In this document: piece by piece, positions 19,319 to 28,782 of the stretch
Layout of the letters: every line of letters begins with the position of its first letter
Position numbering within the stretch: position 1 is the first letter of the stretch
Assembly: GCA_036918135.1 (NCBI GenBank)
Contig: JBALDB010000063.1
Span: forward strand, 1-64,000
Source: Nostoc sp.
GTDB lineage: Bacteria > Cyanobacteriota > Cyanobacteriia > Cyanobacteriales > Nostocaceae
DNA: 64,000 bases
Direction of reading: 5' to 3'
Position numbers and translations under genes: made by a program
Notes under the pieces: model-generated
The model's database searches: none
Told to the model about the DNA's origin: nothing
What the model saw: only the letters and a program-made list of their open reading frames with translations

Positions 19319-21997
19319 CTACTCCCCAGTTTTAAATCCACTCAGATAGGCTTGTAATTGCTCTGCCATTTCTATTGTTTGTTGTAGAGAGCTAGATACA
19401 CTACCAGACAAATCTGCGGTGTATTTTAAGGTTTCGGCAATCTGTTCGATCCAAGATGCGATCGCTTGGGAAGTTTCTGCTTGAGATCCGGTTGTCGCAA
19501 AAATTGACTCTACTAAATGATTCATCTGCCCAGACACTTCCAAAATATCTTCTAGGCTTAACTTGGCATTTTGTACAAGATTTGCTTTTTCTCCGATCTC
19601 GGTCGTTCCCGATTCTACAGCTTGAACTAATTCGCTAGTTTCCAATTCTATGCCAGCTAAAAGACCCTGAATTTCTTGGGTTGCTTCGCCAGATTGCACG
19701 GCTAATTGACCAATTTGTTCTGCTACTTTCACAAAGCCTCGACCTCGATCGCCCATCCATGTGGCTTCAATGTTTGCATCGCTGGCTAATAAGTTAGTTT
19801 GGACGGCTATTTCCCCAATCGTTGATGCAACATGGGAAATTTTTTGAGAAGATTCGCTCAGATTTTTGACTTTGTTAGCTATTTGTGCAACTGTATGTTG
19901 CAAATTCAAGATGCTTTCTCCAGTGAAATCGATTGTTGCCTTAGCTGTTTCTACTGTGTTAGTAGTAGTCACGCCTACTTCCTGTAGTTGTTGGGCGGTA
20001 TCTGCTACTTTTTGAATCCAAAAATTCAAATTATCTACTGTTTGCAAGGCGTAGGTAATTTGTTCGATTTGTTGGATTGCTTCATTGACCAATTGTTGGA
20101 TGACACCAGAGTTTTCACCAAGGGAAACATTCACTTGGTAGGTAGTTTGTTGGACTTGAATGACAATTTGCCAGAGACTAAAGATGATAGTATTAATCAC
20201 ATCAGCTAAGATTCCAACTTCGCCGCCACAGACCTGAGAGCGAACAGTTAAATCTCCTTGGTATACCCGATTAACGTCAGAAATAAGTTTAAGAATTTCC
20301 TCTTGAAGAGCTTCTTGACTACGCCTTAATTCTTCTTCTGTTTCCTTACGAGCAGTAATTTCAGCTAGTACAGCAATAAAATTAATTATTTGTCCAAATG
20401 CATCTAATACAGGAGAAACTGTTAATTCACACCAGAAATAAGTTCCATCGCGGCGATAACTTTTGAGTACAACTTGGCATTCTCTTGAAGTCTCGATCGC
20501 CTCATCTAATTGGGTAATAGTATCTGCATCTGTATTAGGCCCTTGGAGAAATTGGTAGTTAGATCCGAGTATCTCTTGAGATGAGTAGCCTGTAATTTTT
20601 TCTAAGGCAGCATTGCAAAATATAATTGGATTTTTTGGCTGACGCGGATCGGTAATGAATATGGCATTACTCGCTGAAGCGATCGCCCGATCCCGAAGCC
20701 GCAAAACTTTCTGCGCCTGCTCAAGTTCAGCCACTAAACTCGCTTGTTCTAAGGCGATGCCAATTTGAATTGCTAATTGTTTAAATAAATTAATTTCATA
20801 TTTTTCCCAATTCCGAGGTGTAGAACACTGGTGGGCACACAATAAACCGACAAGTTGATTATTATGAATAATCGGTGCAATCAAATTCGCCTTAATTTCA
20901 AAACCTTCGAGAATTTCCCGGTGACATTCTGTAAAACCAGCTTCATAAATATTATTAGTAGCTCGAACTCGACCATTTTTGTACATTTCAATATAATTTT
21001 CCCGGAATGGGTCATTGACCGTTTTTCCTAAGGTTTTCGTCCAACCTGGGGCAATGGACTCGGCGATGATAGTCCCACTCCAGTCACTATTGAAACGATA
21101 CATAATCACACGGTCTGTTTTCAATGCTTGACGAACTTCGCGGACAGTTGTGTTGATTACATCATCTAAATTTAGCGATCGCCGAATTTGCAGGATAATC
21201 TCCGTAAATAACTGCGAACGTTTGGCTTGGGCTTGTTGGTGTGCTAAAAGCTTTGTTTGGGCAGACAAACGCCGCTCTACAAAGGAGATCGTCAGTGTGA
21301 AACCGAGAATAATGAATGTGGCACTGCCAATGGAAACACCCAACCAAGTTAGGGAATTGTTCGTTTTTCCTAACCCAGATATTGCTGTTAGATTAGTAGG
21401 CGTAAATCTAGCAGCGGCCATGCCGATATACTGCATCCCAGCAAGCGCTCCTCCGATAAAAAGCGCACTGCCAACTTTCACCCACCATCTAGTTGTACTG
21501 CTTTGTATACTTAATTGGAAGGTAATACTTAGGATGAGAATCGATGCACCGATAGCGATCGCTAAAGAAAGTATCAACAGCAGTGGATTATACGTGGTAG
21601 TTGCTTGGAGCCGTATCGCCAGCATTCCGATGTAGTGCATGGAGCCGATACCAATACCGATTAACGTCCCACCAATCAGCAATTGCCAAATACTCAACGC
21701 TGGGCGACTGGCTAGGAAAAGTGCCCCCCCGGAAGCAATGACAGCAGCTAGCATAGAAACCAGCACAGTCAACACATCATAGGTTATTCGTATTGGCAGA
21801 CTCAAAGCTAGTATGGCGACAAACTGCATCGACCAAATTCCAATTCCGATAACGATTGCACCGCCAATTAACCAGGCGACTTTTGCCGAAGCTTTGGCTG
21901 CTATTACCCTGCCAGCCAAATCAACAGCAGTATATGAAGCCAAAACGGCGATCGCAATTGAAAGTGTTATCAGGCGTAGGTCGTAGATGCTACTCAT
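19319..21997 (-). CDS. Methyl-accepting chemotaxis/phototaxis receptor: MHYT - CBCR GAF - LOV-like PAS - HAMP - MCP
   Basis: MHYT repeats ('SMQF', 'SMHY', 'GMQY'); GAF with 'ECH'; PAS 'NPIIFCN..GSNYQFLQ'; MCP 'IAVQTNLLA...GRGF..VA'. Confidence 0.85.
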   Translation of the reverse strand: MSSIYDLRLITLSIAIAVLASYTAVDLAGRVIAAKASAKVAWLIGGAIVIGIGIWSMQFVAILALSLPIRITYDVLTVLVSMLAAVIASGGALFLASRPALSIWQLLIGGTLIGIGIGSMHYIGMLAIRLQATTTYNPLLLILSLAIAIGASILILSITFQLSIQSSTTRWWVKVGSALFIGGALAGMQYIGMAAARFTPTNLTAISGLGKTNNSLTWLGVSIGSATFIILGFTLTISFVERRLSAQTKLLAHQQAQAKRSQLFTEIILQIRRSLNLDDVINTTVREVRQALKTDRVIMYRFNSDWSGTIIAESIAPGWTKTLGKTVNDPFRENYIEMYKNGRVRATNNIYEAGFTECHREILEGFEIKANLIAPIIHNNQLVGLLCAHQCSTPRNWEKYEINLFKQLAIQIGIALEQASLVAELEQAQKVLRLRDRAIASASNAIFITDPRQPKNPIIFCNAALEKITGYSSQEILGSNYQFLQGPNTDADTITQLDEAIETSRECQVVLKSYRRDGTYFWCELTVSPVLDAFGQIINFIAVLAEITARKETEEELRRSQEALQEEILKLISDVNRVYQGDLTVRSQVCGGEVGILADVINTIIFSLWQIVIQVQQTTYQVNVSLGENSGVIQQLVNEAIQQIEQITYALQTVDNLNFWIQKVADTAQQLQEVGVTTTNTVETAKATIDFTGESILNLQHTVAQIANKVKNLSESSQKISHVASTIGEIAVQTNLLASDANIEATWMGDRGRGFVKVAEQIGQLAVQSGEATQEIQGLLAGIELETSELVQAVESGTTEIGEKANLVQNAKLSLEDILEVSGQMNHLVESIFATTGSQAETSQAIASWIEQIAETLKYTADLSGSVSSSLQQTIEMAEQLQAYLSGFKTGE

Positions 21998-22527
21998 AAC
22001 TATATCTGCTTGGAACCTTAACTGAAGCTTATGCTTTATTTTTTTATCACTTTTGAGTAATTCTTAGGAATTGAAAATTGGACATTAGCGATTGGGTATG
22101 AGAAAATAAGCTCAAGTTTGGACGGACACTTAGTAATTAGGGCTAATACACAGCTCGGTGGATATAAAGACAACTAAAAGCTTGTGACTTCCTGAGATTC
22201 AGAAATTAAACTAACTTAATATAACTCCTGTCTTTGTGTCTCCTATATTCCCCATACCCAATGCCGATTAATAATTACAAATTATCTATAGCTGTGATAG
22301 ATTTTATATCTATTTGGGTATGTTAATAAAAAGTGCGAATTGTGATATTCTCATACTTAGATACTAAAAATTAGATACTCCAAATCAGCGTGTAGCTAAT
22401 GCATTCTAGTTTACAGAAGACAAATTAATAACTAGCAAAAACTATGCACGACCAAAGTTCTCAAAACAGACGGTTGTAGGTTGTTAATTCTCAAGAGTGC
22501 TTCCAAAACCTGAGTCAAGCAAACAAA

Positions 22528-23982
22528 ATGATACCAACACTTTTAAACGATCGCTATCGGATAATTAGCGTACTTGGAACTGGTGGATTTTGTGAAACAT
22601 TCTTAGCCGAAGATACCCAAATGCCTTCGGGACGACGTTGTGTAATTAAGCAACTTAAACCAGTTACCGACAACCCAGACGTTTACCAGTTAGTTCAAAG
22701 GCGATTTCAAAGAGAAGCCGCAATTTTAGAGGAACTGGGGGGAAGTAGCAATCAAATTCCTACTTTATACGCTTACTTTCAAGCAGATGGGCAATTCTAC
22801 CTCGTACAGGAATGGATTTCTGGACAAACCCTCAACCAACAAGTAAAACAAAACGGTTGTTTGAGCGAAAGTGAAGTAGTTCCCATATTAATTAATTTAT
22901 TGAAGCTGCTGGACTTCGTACATACCAAAGGCATCATTCACCGCGATATTAAACCAGACAATATTATTCTACGTTCATCTGATGGGAAACCAATTTTAAT
23001 TGATTTTGGTGCAGTGCGAGAAACGATGGCAACAGTGATGTATCCAGAAGGCACTGTTAGTAATTCAATGATTATTGGTACACCAGGTTTTATGCCCAGC
23101 GAACAAGCAGCAGGGCGTCCAGTATTTGCCAGTGACTTATATAGTTTGGCGCTAACAGCTATTTTTCTGTTGATGGGAAAATTGCCCCACGAATTGATGA
23201 CAGACTCCTACACTGGAGAGCAAGTTTTCAATAGGGATGCCATCAGTTCAAATTTGATGGAAATATTAAAAAAAGCAACTCAGTTTGATGTTAGAGAGCG
23301 TTATTCTACTGCCAAAGAAATGCTCGATCCGTTGCAGGCGATTGCCAATTCGACTGCACCCAAAGTACCAATGTATAGTCAAGTATCTGCTTTGACTAAT
23401 TCTATAATCCAACTGCCACCCGCTCAAAGCAGTATTCAAAACGCTATTTTTATTGGTAGTACTTTGGTCGGCGGTGGATTAATTGGTGCATGTGTGATTG
23501 TTGGTCTTTTGTTAGCAAATTCTCCCCAATCTGGCACATTTCAAAAAGGTACATCTTCGCTACTCCCAAAACCTGGATTTTCTGAAAATTCTTCCTTGTC
23601 TCTTCCACTTGGAAGGGCAAATTATCAAATAGGCACAACTCATGAATCACCAATTACAAACGGTGCTAATTTGCCTAATTCTTTTTATTTTGTAGCAAAT
23701 TCGAGTTTGCCAAATCTCCAAACTGCAATCGAGCAAGTGAAAATTTTACAGACTCAAGGAATTACTCAATCAGGAGTGTTCTGGATACCAGATTATCCGA
23801 ATATATCAGAGAAAAAAAATTTATTTATAGTTTATGTAGCCGCCTTTAAAGACCGTGCTAATTGTATTAACTTTCTCAAAACTTACGGACAAATCAATCC
23901 ACAAGCCTATTGTGCCTTTGCTAGTAAAGATTTAAATGCACCAATGGCTCGAGTCTTTTTTAAAGAACTGAAAGTAAAATAA
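22528..23982 (+). CDS. Hanks-type Ser/Thr protein kinase with TM segment
   Basis: LGTGGF, VIKQL, HRDIKPDN, DFG, GTPGFMPSEQ. Confidence 0.9.
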   Translation: MIPTLLNDRYRIISVLGTGGFCETFLAEDTQMPSGRRCVIKQLKPVTDNPDVYQLVQRRFQREAAILEELGGSSNQIPTLYAYFQADGQFYLVQEWISGQTLNQQVKQNGCLSESEVVPILINLLKLLDFVHTKGIIHRDIKPDNIILRSSDGKPILIDFGAVRETMATVMYPEGTVSNSMIIGTPGFMPSEQAAGRPVFASDLYSLALTAIFLLMGKLPHELMTDSYTGEQVFNRDAISSNLMEILKKATQFDVRERYSTAKEMLDPLQAIANSTAPKVPMYSQVSALTNSIIQLPPAQSSIQNAIFIGSTLVGGGLIGACVIVGLLLANSPQSGTFQKGTSSLLPKPGFSENSSLSLPLGRANYQIGTTHESPITNGANLPNSFYFVANSSLPNLQTAIEQVKILQTQGITQSGVFWIPDYPNISEKKNLFIVYVAAFKDRANCINFLKTYGQINPQAYCAFASKDLNAPMARVFFKELKVK

Positions 23983-24071
23983 TTTTGTATTTGAGATTTA
24001 TTACATCAAAAGGGATGGGGTATGACTGTAAACAAAAATTGCATTATCTAATAATCTCAAATCAGCATACC

Positions 24072-24704
24072 TCACAGCATAATTAAACCTAGTCTTACAG
24101 CCACAGTCACAGCTTCGGTACGGCTGGAGACACTAAGCTTTTGAAAAATCGATGAGAGATGGAATTTGACAGTATGCTCAGAGATGTGCAAGCGTTTTGC
24201 GATCGCTTTATTGCCTAATCCAGACCCAAGCATTGCTAAAACTTCTATTTCGCGTGGCGTCAAGCTTTGCACAGGATTTGCTGTTGTCTTTTCCTGCGTC
24301 TGTAACAATTCTATAGCATTTGGGTGCAGTACTATCAAATTAACAGCGATCGCCTCCACAGCACGGACTATTTCTGACTCTGTGCTACTGCTGAGCAATA
24401 TACCCCGAATGCCTGCTCGTAAAGACCTTTCCAAGTCGATGCTGTCGAGTTCTTCAACGATAACCAGCATTGGTAATAGGTATTTTTCTTCTGAAATCAG
24501 CAGTAATTTTTCCCAGACTGATTGTTGAAAATTACTGCTGATATCTATGAGTACAACATCTGGCTGTAATAGTTCGACTTCTGCGGCTAATACCTCCAAA
24601 TCTGATGCACTCCCGACAACTGTCAACTGGGGATTGCTACTTACCACAGCAGACAACCCTGCCCGCGCCACAAAAGAAGTAGCAACTACCATTATCCGGA
24701 TCAT
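24072..24704 (-). CDS. NarL/LuxR-family response regulator
   Basis: REC domain plus 'LTPREIEVL...GLGNKAIAKRLHISEHTVKFH'. Confidence 0.9.
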   Translation of the reverse strand: MIRIMVVATSFVARAGLSAVVSSNPQLTVVGSASDLEVLAAEVELLQPDVVLIDISSNFQQSVWEKLLLISEEKYLLPMLVIVEELDSIDLERSLRAGIRGILLSSSTESEIVRAVEAIAVNLIVLHPNAIELLQTQEKTTANPVQSLTPREIEVLAMLGSGLGNKAIAKRLHISEHTVKFHLSSIFQKLSVSSRTEAVTVAVRLGLIML

Positions 24705-24895
24705 GTCGTCTCCACAGCAGTTTGCAACTAATATTTACTTTATCAATAGTCTGTTAGTTCTCAATCCGATAACGTATCAGCTGCTTTATTGCTGTTATTG
24801 GTAATCTTAAAGCTTGAGCGATCGCAGCATCAAATTGAGCAAATTCACCGGCAACTCAAATTTCATCTGCTTCAAAACCGAATCAATTCGATACA

Positions 24896-25303
24896 TCAAC
24901 GAGTAACCACAAAGGCAGCAAGAGCGATCGCCACAACATCTTCAATAAGGGCAGATGGGATCGCACCAATACGCTCGATGGCTGCTATACGCACCGCCCG
25001 ACCGCCGTAGGCACCGATCAGTGCGCCTAAAACCCCAATCACTGCTCCAACGAGTGCAAAACTGCTGTTTGCTCCAGCGATTATCCATCCCACAATACCA
25101 CCACTGAGAATCCGAGCAATCAAAGCAGGAGGACTTGTACGAGATGGTATTTGCGGCACCATATCACCAATCAACTCAGCTACAGCAAAGAAAACCAAAA
25201 TAATACCTACAATACCGCCACGCGCCAAGAATAAAGCAGCGGGGGCTGTAAACGCTCGCAATCCCGCAACTAACCCCAATACAAATGCAGAAATCAGTGT
25301 CAT
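24896..25303 (-). CDS. Small membrane protein (DUF4126-like)
   Basis: 'GLVAGLRAFTAP', 'ELIGD..P..PSRT', 'ALIED'; hydrophobic. Confidence 0.65.
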   Translation of the reverse strand: MTLISAFVLGLVAGLRAFTAPAALFLARGGIVGIILVFFAVAELIGDMVPQIPSRTSPPALIARILSGGIVGWIIAGANSSFALVGAVIGVLGALIGAYGGRAVRIAAIERIGAIPSALIEDVVAIALAAFVVTR

Positions 25304-25432
25304 ATATATAAACAGTCTTTACTTGAATATGTATAAGTCTACAATTTTGTCTGAAAAAATAAAGACTCAAAGCTTGGTTAAATTAAAGCTTCAGAGTCTC
25401 GATTCGATTATTCTTTTATATTTTTCTTACTA

Positions 25433-27610
25433 CTATTTTACATCATTAGCGATAATTCCAATTAAATTCAACTTACTCAAAATTTCAATAGCTTGAATCA
25501 ATTGATTTCCCTTTACTTTACCCATACGTTCTACCATGACGATCGCATTGCAAAAAGAGGCGATAATTCTCGCATCAACTGTGGCTAAAATTGATGGAGC
25601 ATCTATTAGCACTAAGTCATAATTTTCTTCAAACAATTCAATTAGTTCTTTCATTCTCTGAGAACTCAGCAGCTTCACCCTGTCGTCTGGAACAGGCCCA
25701 GCAGTCAAAATATCAATAAAGGGGTGAATGGGTTGAATGTAATCTTGAAAATCGCTAGTTGTCTCATCAACTAATAACAAAGATAGTCCCCAATCATTGG
25801 AGAGTTCTAATACTTTATGCAGGTTAGGATTTTCTAAGTTAGCATCAATTACTAACACGCGTCGATGCATTCGGTTAGCACTAGCCACTAAGCCTAATAC
25901 TAAAGTTGTCTTCCCTTCTCCTGGTAGCGCTGAAGTCAACATCAAGGATTTAAAGGGTAAGGGATATTTTAATATTTTAATGTTTTGGTAGATCATGTCC
26001 AAAGTTTCATGGACAGGCAACTTAGCACTGGGTTCTACCATCGCCGGAGGTAAACTTCGTTGCTGATTCCAAGACCGATTGAAGAAGCGCTTTTGACTCC
26101 CAAGCGATCGCAATTTTGGTACTGTTCCCAATACGCGCAGATTTGTCAGTTTATTGACATCTGCTGTAGTGTAAATAGTATCATTATACTTTTCTATCAT
26201 CAAGGCTATTAAAATACCCAAAATCGGCCCAAATAGTCCTCCCCCAAGTAAAAAGAATAATCTGCCATTTCCTACATAAGTACCCAAAGCAGGTTCTTCC
26301 AAAAATTGCCAATTATATCCTTCCTGAGCAATTTTCATTCCTGATGACTGTTGTGCTTGAAGCAGTTGTTCCAAGGTTTTATGACTAGCTTCTACCTTTT
26401 GTCGCAGACGATTATATTCTGCTGTCAGGTTTGGATATTTGCCAAGCTCAGAACGAAGTTGCTGTTCTGACTGCACTAAACTTTTTTCATTAGCTGTTAG
26501 TCCTAAAACATTTGTCTGTAGTAGAATAAATTCGTCTACTAGACTGGGATCGATATCTACTATCGGCGCTTTTGAGAGTTGTTCTACCTTATTACTAGTA
26601 TTAGTAATAGTTCTCACTTCTTGCCGTAACAGTGTTAGTTGATTTTGGCGTTGCTGTTTGAGTTTTTCTACTGATGGATAATCATCTGTATAACGCAACC
26701 GTTCCTTAGCTAAGGCTAGTTCGGTTTTTTGAATTTCATTTAATAGCGTCTGGTAGCGGCTTGACTGATTTAAACGAGCAGAAAGTTGGCTATTTTGTTG
26801 GGAAGAGGAAGCTATTTGTTGTTGGAGACTACTGTAGCGAGCGTTTACATCTTGAAGCTGGGCACGAGTAGTTTGTAGCTGTTGTTGAATATCAGCAAGA
26901 GATTGTAGCAGAATTTTACTTTGTGCTTCTGGGTCGAGTAAATTATGTTTCTTGCGAAACTGCTCTAAATTTTTATCAGCTTGAGTGACTTCTTTTTTGA
27001 GTTCGGGTAGGCGGGTATTGACAAAAGCCAGTCCCTGAGCCAAACGCTCTTTTTGTTGTTCTGTGTTGTAGTTTTGATAGACTTTCTGTAAAGCTTGAAG
27101 TACTCTTTGCGCTTTAACTGGATCGCGATCGCTAAAGGAAACTTCAAATACTTCACTTAAAACTTGATTAGCCCCTGTATTTGCCTGTTCTTGGGTGACT
27201 TTCAGAGGTGTTATTTTGTTGGATTCTCTTTGACCTTTGATATATTCTAAGGTAATATCAGGATACTCAGAATGAAGTAAATCTACGGTTTTTTGAAGCA
27301 GTTTGGTACTCAGCATGAGTTTCATCTGAGTACTGTAATCAGCAGTTTTGGTGTTTGCCTGTTGTGTGATATTATTTGACGGTGTTTCTTGGAATACATT
27401 TGAACTCACCAGTATCTGTATGTGGCTTTGATAACTAGGTTTGGCTTTGATAGCAAAGAAGCTGGCAACTGACATGATTACACAAGAAACCCCCAAAATC
27501 ACCAAGCGTTGACGAAGCAAAATAGTAGGTAGTTGTCTGATGTCAACCCTGCTTTTTTCTGAGGTAGTAACTTGTTGCTCTTGATTGAGACTAGTCTTAA
27601 CCACTATCAA
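25433..27610 (-). CDS. GumC/Wzc-type polysaccharide co-polymerase with BY-kinase domain
   Basis: Two TM segments, coiled coil, 'YTDDYP.V', 'TSALPGEGKTT', 'VLVIDAN', 'DLVLIDAP'. Confidence 0.85.
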   Translation of the reverse strand: MIVVKTSLNQEQQVTTSEKSRVDIRQLPTILLRQRLVILGVSCVIMSVASFFAIKAKPSYQSHIQILVSSNVFQETPSNNITQQANTKTADYSTQMKLMLSTKLLQKTVDLLHSEYPDITLEYIKGQRESNKITPLKVTQEQANTGANQVLSEVFEVSFSDRDPVKAQRVLQALQKVYQNYNTEQQKERLAQGLAFVNTRLPELKKEVTQADKNLEQFRKKHNLLDPEAQSKILLQSLADIQQQLQTTRAQLQDVNARYSSLQQQIASSSQQNSQLSARLNQSSRYQTLLNEIQKTELALAKERLRYTDDYPSVEKLKQQRQNQLTLLRQEVRTITNTSNKVEQLSKAPIVDIDPSLVDEFILLQTNVLGLTANEKSLVQSEQQLRSELGKYPNLTAEYNRLRQKVEASHKTLEQLLQAQQSSGMKIAQEGYNWQFLEEPALGTYVGNGRLFFLLGGGLFGPILGILIALMIEKYNDTIYTTADVNKLTNLRVLGTVPKLRSLGSQKRFFNRSWNQQRSLPPAMVEPSAKLPVHETLDMIYQNIKILKYPLPFKSLMLTSALPGEGKTTLVLGLVASANRMHRRVLVIDANLENPNLHKVLELSNDWGLSLLLVDETTSDFQDYIQPIHPFIDILTAGPVPDDRVKLLSSQRMKELIELFEENYDLVLIDAPSILATVDARIIASFCNAIVMVERMGKVKGNQLIQAIEILSKLNLIGIIANDVK

Positions 27611-28782
27611 ACTCCTCTAATATCAAAAGAATATATTTGAAAGATTGCAAGAAACATTTTTTTAAATGATTTTTTTACACATAGAGCCAGAACATAATAC
27701 TTAATTATTGTGCCAAAAATTAAACCACTTGGGATAAGATTATCTCAACTAACGTTTTCATGTTCATCAATACCTGGATATAAATTTTAAATCAGTACTA
27801 GAAAAACAAAATTTCAATAAATATTCATTTATAGAAAAAATCTTGGCAAAAAATTAATTATTTTTTGAGCAAATTGAGATAAAAACTGTTAGAATATGCA
27901 ACTTTGCTATATATTAAAGTTTTTTTTGTAACTGGTAATTTAGAAAACATATTCATAAAAATATTTAAATAATATTTTTACATTATTGATACACTTAGTT
28001 AACTACTAATTTATGGTTAACTAGTTAACTTAACTGAGCAATATAAACTACTGTTTATTTGTTAGATGTTATAAGTTGAGCTAGCAAACCTTAAAATCGA
28101 GCTTGCTCGCTACTATCAGGGCATTGATTGCAATCGATGTCAAGCGATCGCCTCAAAACAGCCCAGCCTTACATCAATTTTATACATTGACTCCAAAAAA
28201 AACGAAGTAATTAAAACAATATTATCCCTTAACAAAAATCTGATAAAAAATGTCGAATCGTTGTTTTAGCCTACAAGTAAAGGATTCTGCCAGCTATTCG
28301 CTTCGTTATCTTCTCATAAAGTTGAATATTTTTCTCTAGATTTGTACCTAAACAGTAACAATAAAGGTCTTTTTTAATTGATACTGTCTCTGAAATTGTC
28401 TAAGTTTTCAATGATGATTTTCATAGCCACTAAAAAACTTAGATTCGGCTAGCACTTAAGTTGATATGACAAGAGAATTCCCAAAGCTGATGATTTCAAT
28501 TTATAACTTATGCACCAGATTCGGCAGTTAGCTAGAAAATCTGTGGTAACTTTGAAATCCTTATCTGACAAGAATTTCAGGTATTTACTTGATATGGCGA
28601 TCGCGTTTGGCGCGATTTTTAAAGGTTATTAAAACTTAATCTTTGCTAGATCGAAAAAATATGAGAATGACCTTACCTTAAGGCTCCTGAAGAACCTTGG
28701 AAGACTTTTGCACATATTCGGCAAAACTTTAGACGTGTTTCTCGTTTCTTTTTCTCTCTATGTTTAGTTGAGAATTCTTTCC

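Noticed and set aside
23643..23651. TGAATCACC as the element's other junction
   Set aside because: Lies inside the intact kinase gene, downstream of the element, and lacks the AACT left-target flank in register.
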